A model generated the notes under the pieces. It worked only from the letters and a program-made list of their open reading frames with translations. It was not told the origin of the DNA and made no database searches. The position numbers and the translations under genes were made by a program. 64,000 nucleotides of DNA from Octopus bimaculoides (Eukaryota): positions 54,451,659 through 54,515,658 of the forward strand of contig NC_068985.1 of NCBI RefSeq assembly GCF_001194135.2, given 5' to 3'. Below, in pieces: positions 63,194 through 64,000 of this stretch (its first letter is position 1; each line of letters starts with the position of its first letter).

Positions 63194-63346
63194 TATTGCT
63201 GATAATCTGTGGAATGTTTGTGAATGGACCATATGCTTTGATCACAACAGCTGTAAGTGCAGATTTAGGTACACACCAGTGTTTGGAAGGGAACACTCAG
63301 GCAATAGCTACAGTTACATCAATTATTGATGGTACCGGCAGCATGG
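63194..63346 (+). CDS. SLC37A2: SLC37A2-like exon (VLLIICGMFVNGPYALITTAVSADLGTHQCLEGNTQAIATVTSIIDGTGSM), phase 1 to 1
   Basis: ttttcAG / GTAAGC; NGPYALITTAVSADLG and IIDGTGS are near-invariant in the family. Confidence 0.97.
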
Positions 63347-63499
63347 GTAAGCATTATTAACATCTGTTGCAGAATTCTGATAATCAAATAAAATTAGATA
63401 AGTAAAAACATGTAACAGAAGGTGGGCAAGAAGTATTTTAACAGGCAGTCCAATTAGTACAAGGGTGTGCTAGAAAGTTCCTGGCTTTTGGTAAAAATA

Positions 63500-63915
63500 T
63501 AATTATGCCTACACACCATCCTCCCACACCTCCACTATCCCATGCCACTACACTCCCACATATGCATGCCTACACACATCCCAAGAAACCACAATACATA
63601 CAAATACACACTCACACACAACTCCCCCTGTGCTCATTTCTATACATGGATATCCTCCTATACATGCACACCCCACACTACCTCCTCCTTTCCTAATTCA
63701 CCCATATAGAACCTCATTTCCAGCTGGCTGTAACCAATTTTTTTTTCTCTCCCACCACCTTTTCTCCTTTATATTTTCTTTTTCTTTTATTTCTTCTGAT
63801 GAAGGGCTAGCATCCAAAATATCAAGATCACTCCCTTCTTTTCAAGCATTAAACTAAAACAACATTTATTAAAACTGGCCCTTCTTGGATTGTCTTCTTT
63901 TTTGACTCATTGCCA
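63500..63915 (+). mobile_element. Probable Penelope-like pseudo-LTR remnant with a decayed hammerhead-like motif
   Basis: 63792-63827: tctt-CTGATGA-a-ggg(ctagca)tcc-aAAAta-TC-aaga; the downstream gcattaaactaa resembles the 57 kb element. Confidence 0.5.
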
Positions 63916-63925
63916 TACATATATA

Positions 63926-64000
63926 CAGGGGTTGGACAAAATAATGGAAACACCTTAAAATTTCAAACAAATTTATTTTAATATGGGGTAGAACTACCTT
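63926..64000. mobile_element. Start of a Tc1-type TIR running off the window
   Basis: TA-CAGGGGTTGGACAAAATAATGGAAACACC. Confidence 0.6.

Larger units (their letters stand above)
8035..63346 (+). other. SLC37A2: Span of an SLC37A1/A2-like sugar-phosphate exchanger gene, 14 coding exons seen; 5' and 3' exons not identified
   Basis: The manually spliced exons give one uninterrupted frame: YKIFIMVSTFLCYSSYHLSRKPISVVK...GWPSVVTYMGNWFGKGNRGLIMGIWNSHTSVGNILG...GVVEFSLCLFFAKLISYTFLYWLP...NGPYALITTAVSADLGTH...IIDGTGSM. SRKPIS, RGxxxGIWNSH and ITTAVSADLG are SLC37A1/A2 hallmarks (SLC37A3 has SRKTFS). It is probably a co-orthologue of vertebrate A1 and A2. Confidence 0.95.

Overview
AT-rich, microsatellite-rich eukaryotic DNA with eight N gaps. 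The repeat families look like those of Octopus (coleoid cephalopod); this is an inference from recognised SINE types. The window lies inside one intron-rich + strand gene, an SLC37A1/A2-like sugar-phosphate/Pi exchanger (MFS, GlpT family). I traced 14 coding exons (8035-63346, 1181 nt, 393 whole codons) by hand. All have GT-AG boundaries and consistent phases. The first and last exons were not found and probably lie outside the window. The introns are mostly transposon debris: several tRNA-type SINE families, RTE/CR1/L1-Tx1/R4-like LINE fragments, a mellifera-like mariner, an IR-DR Tc1, an internally deleted DD41D-like element, hAT/TTAA/TA MITEs, Helitrons and a FLYWCH-MULE remnant. I found no new protein-coding system, and almost all small ORFs in the track are repeat or microsatellite artefacts. 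The best leads are non-coding. (1) Minimal type-I hammerhead-ribozyme motifs of Penelope type occur in three unrelated repeats, and one sits behind a tRNA-like Pol III head. All visible copies are partly degenerate. (2) Two long intronic inverted repeats could form dsRNA in the pre-mRNA. (3) TTAATTGCAT motifs form a non-tandem cluster. (4) Several nested insertions give a relative TE chronology. Family names and comparisons with orthologues come from recall, not from database searches.
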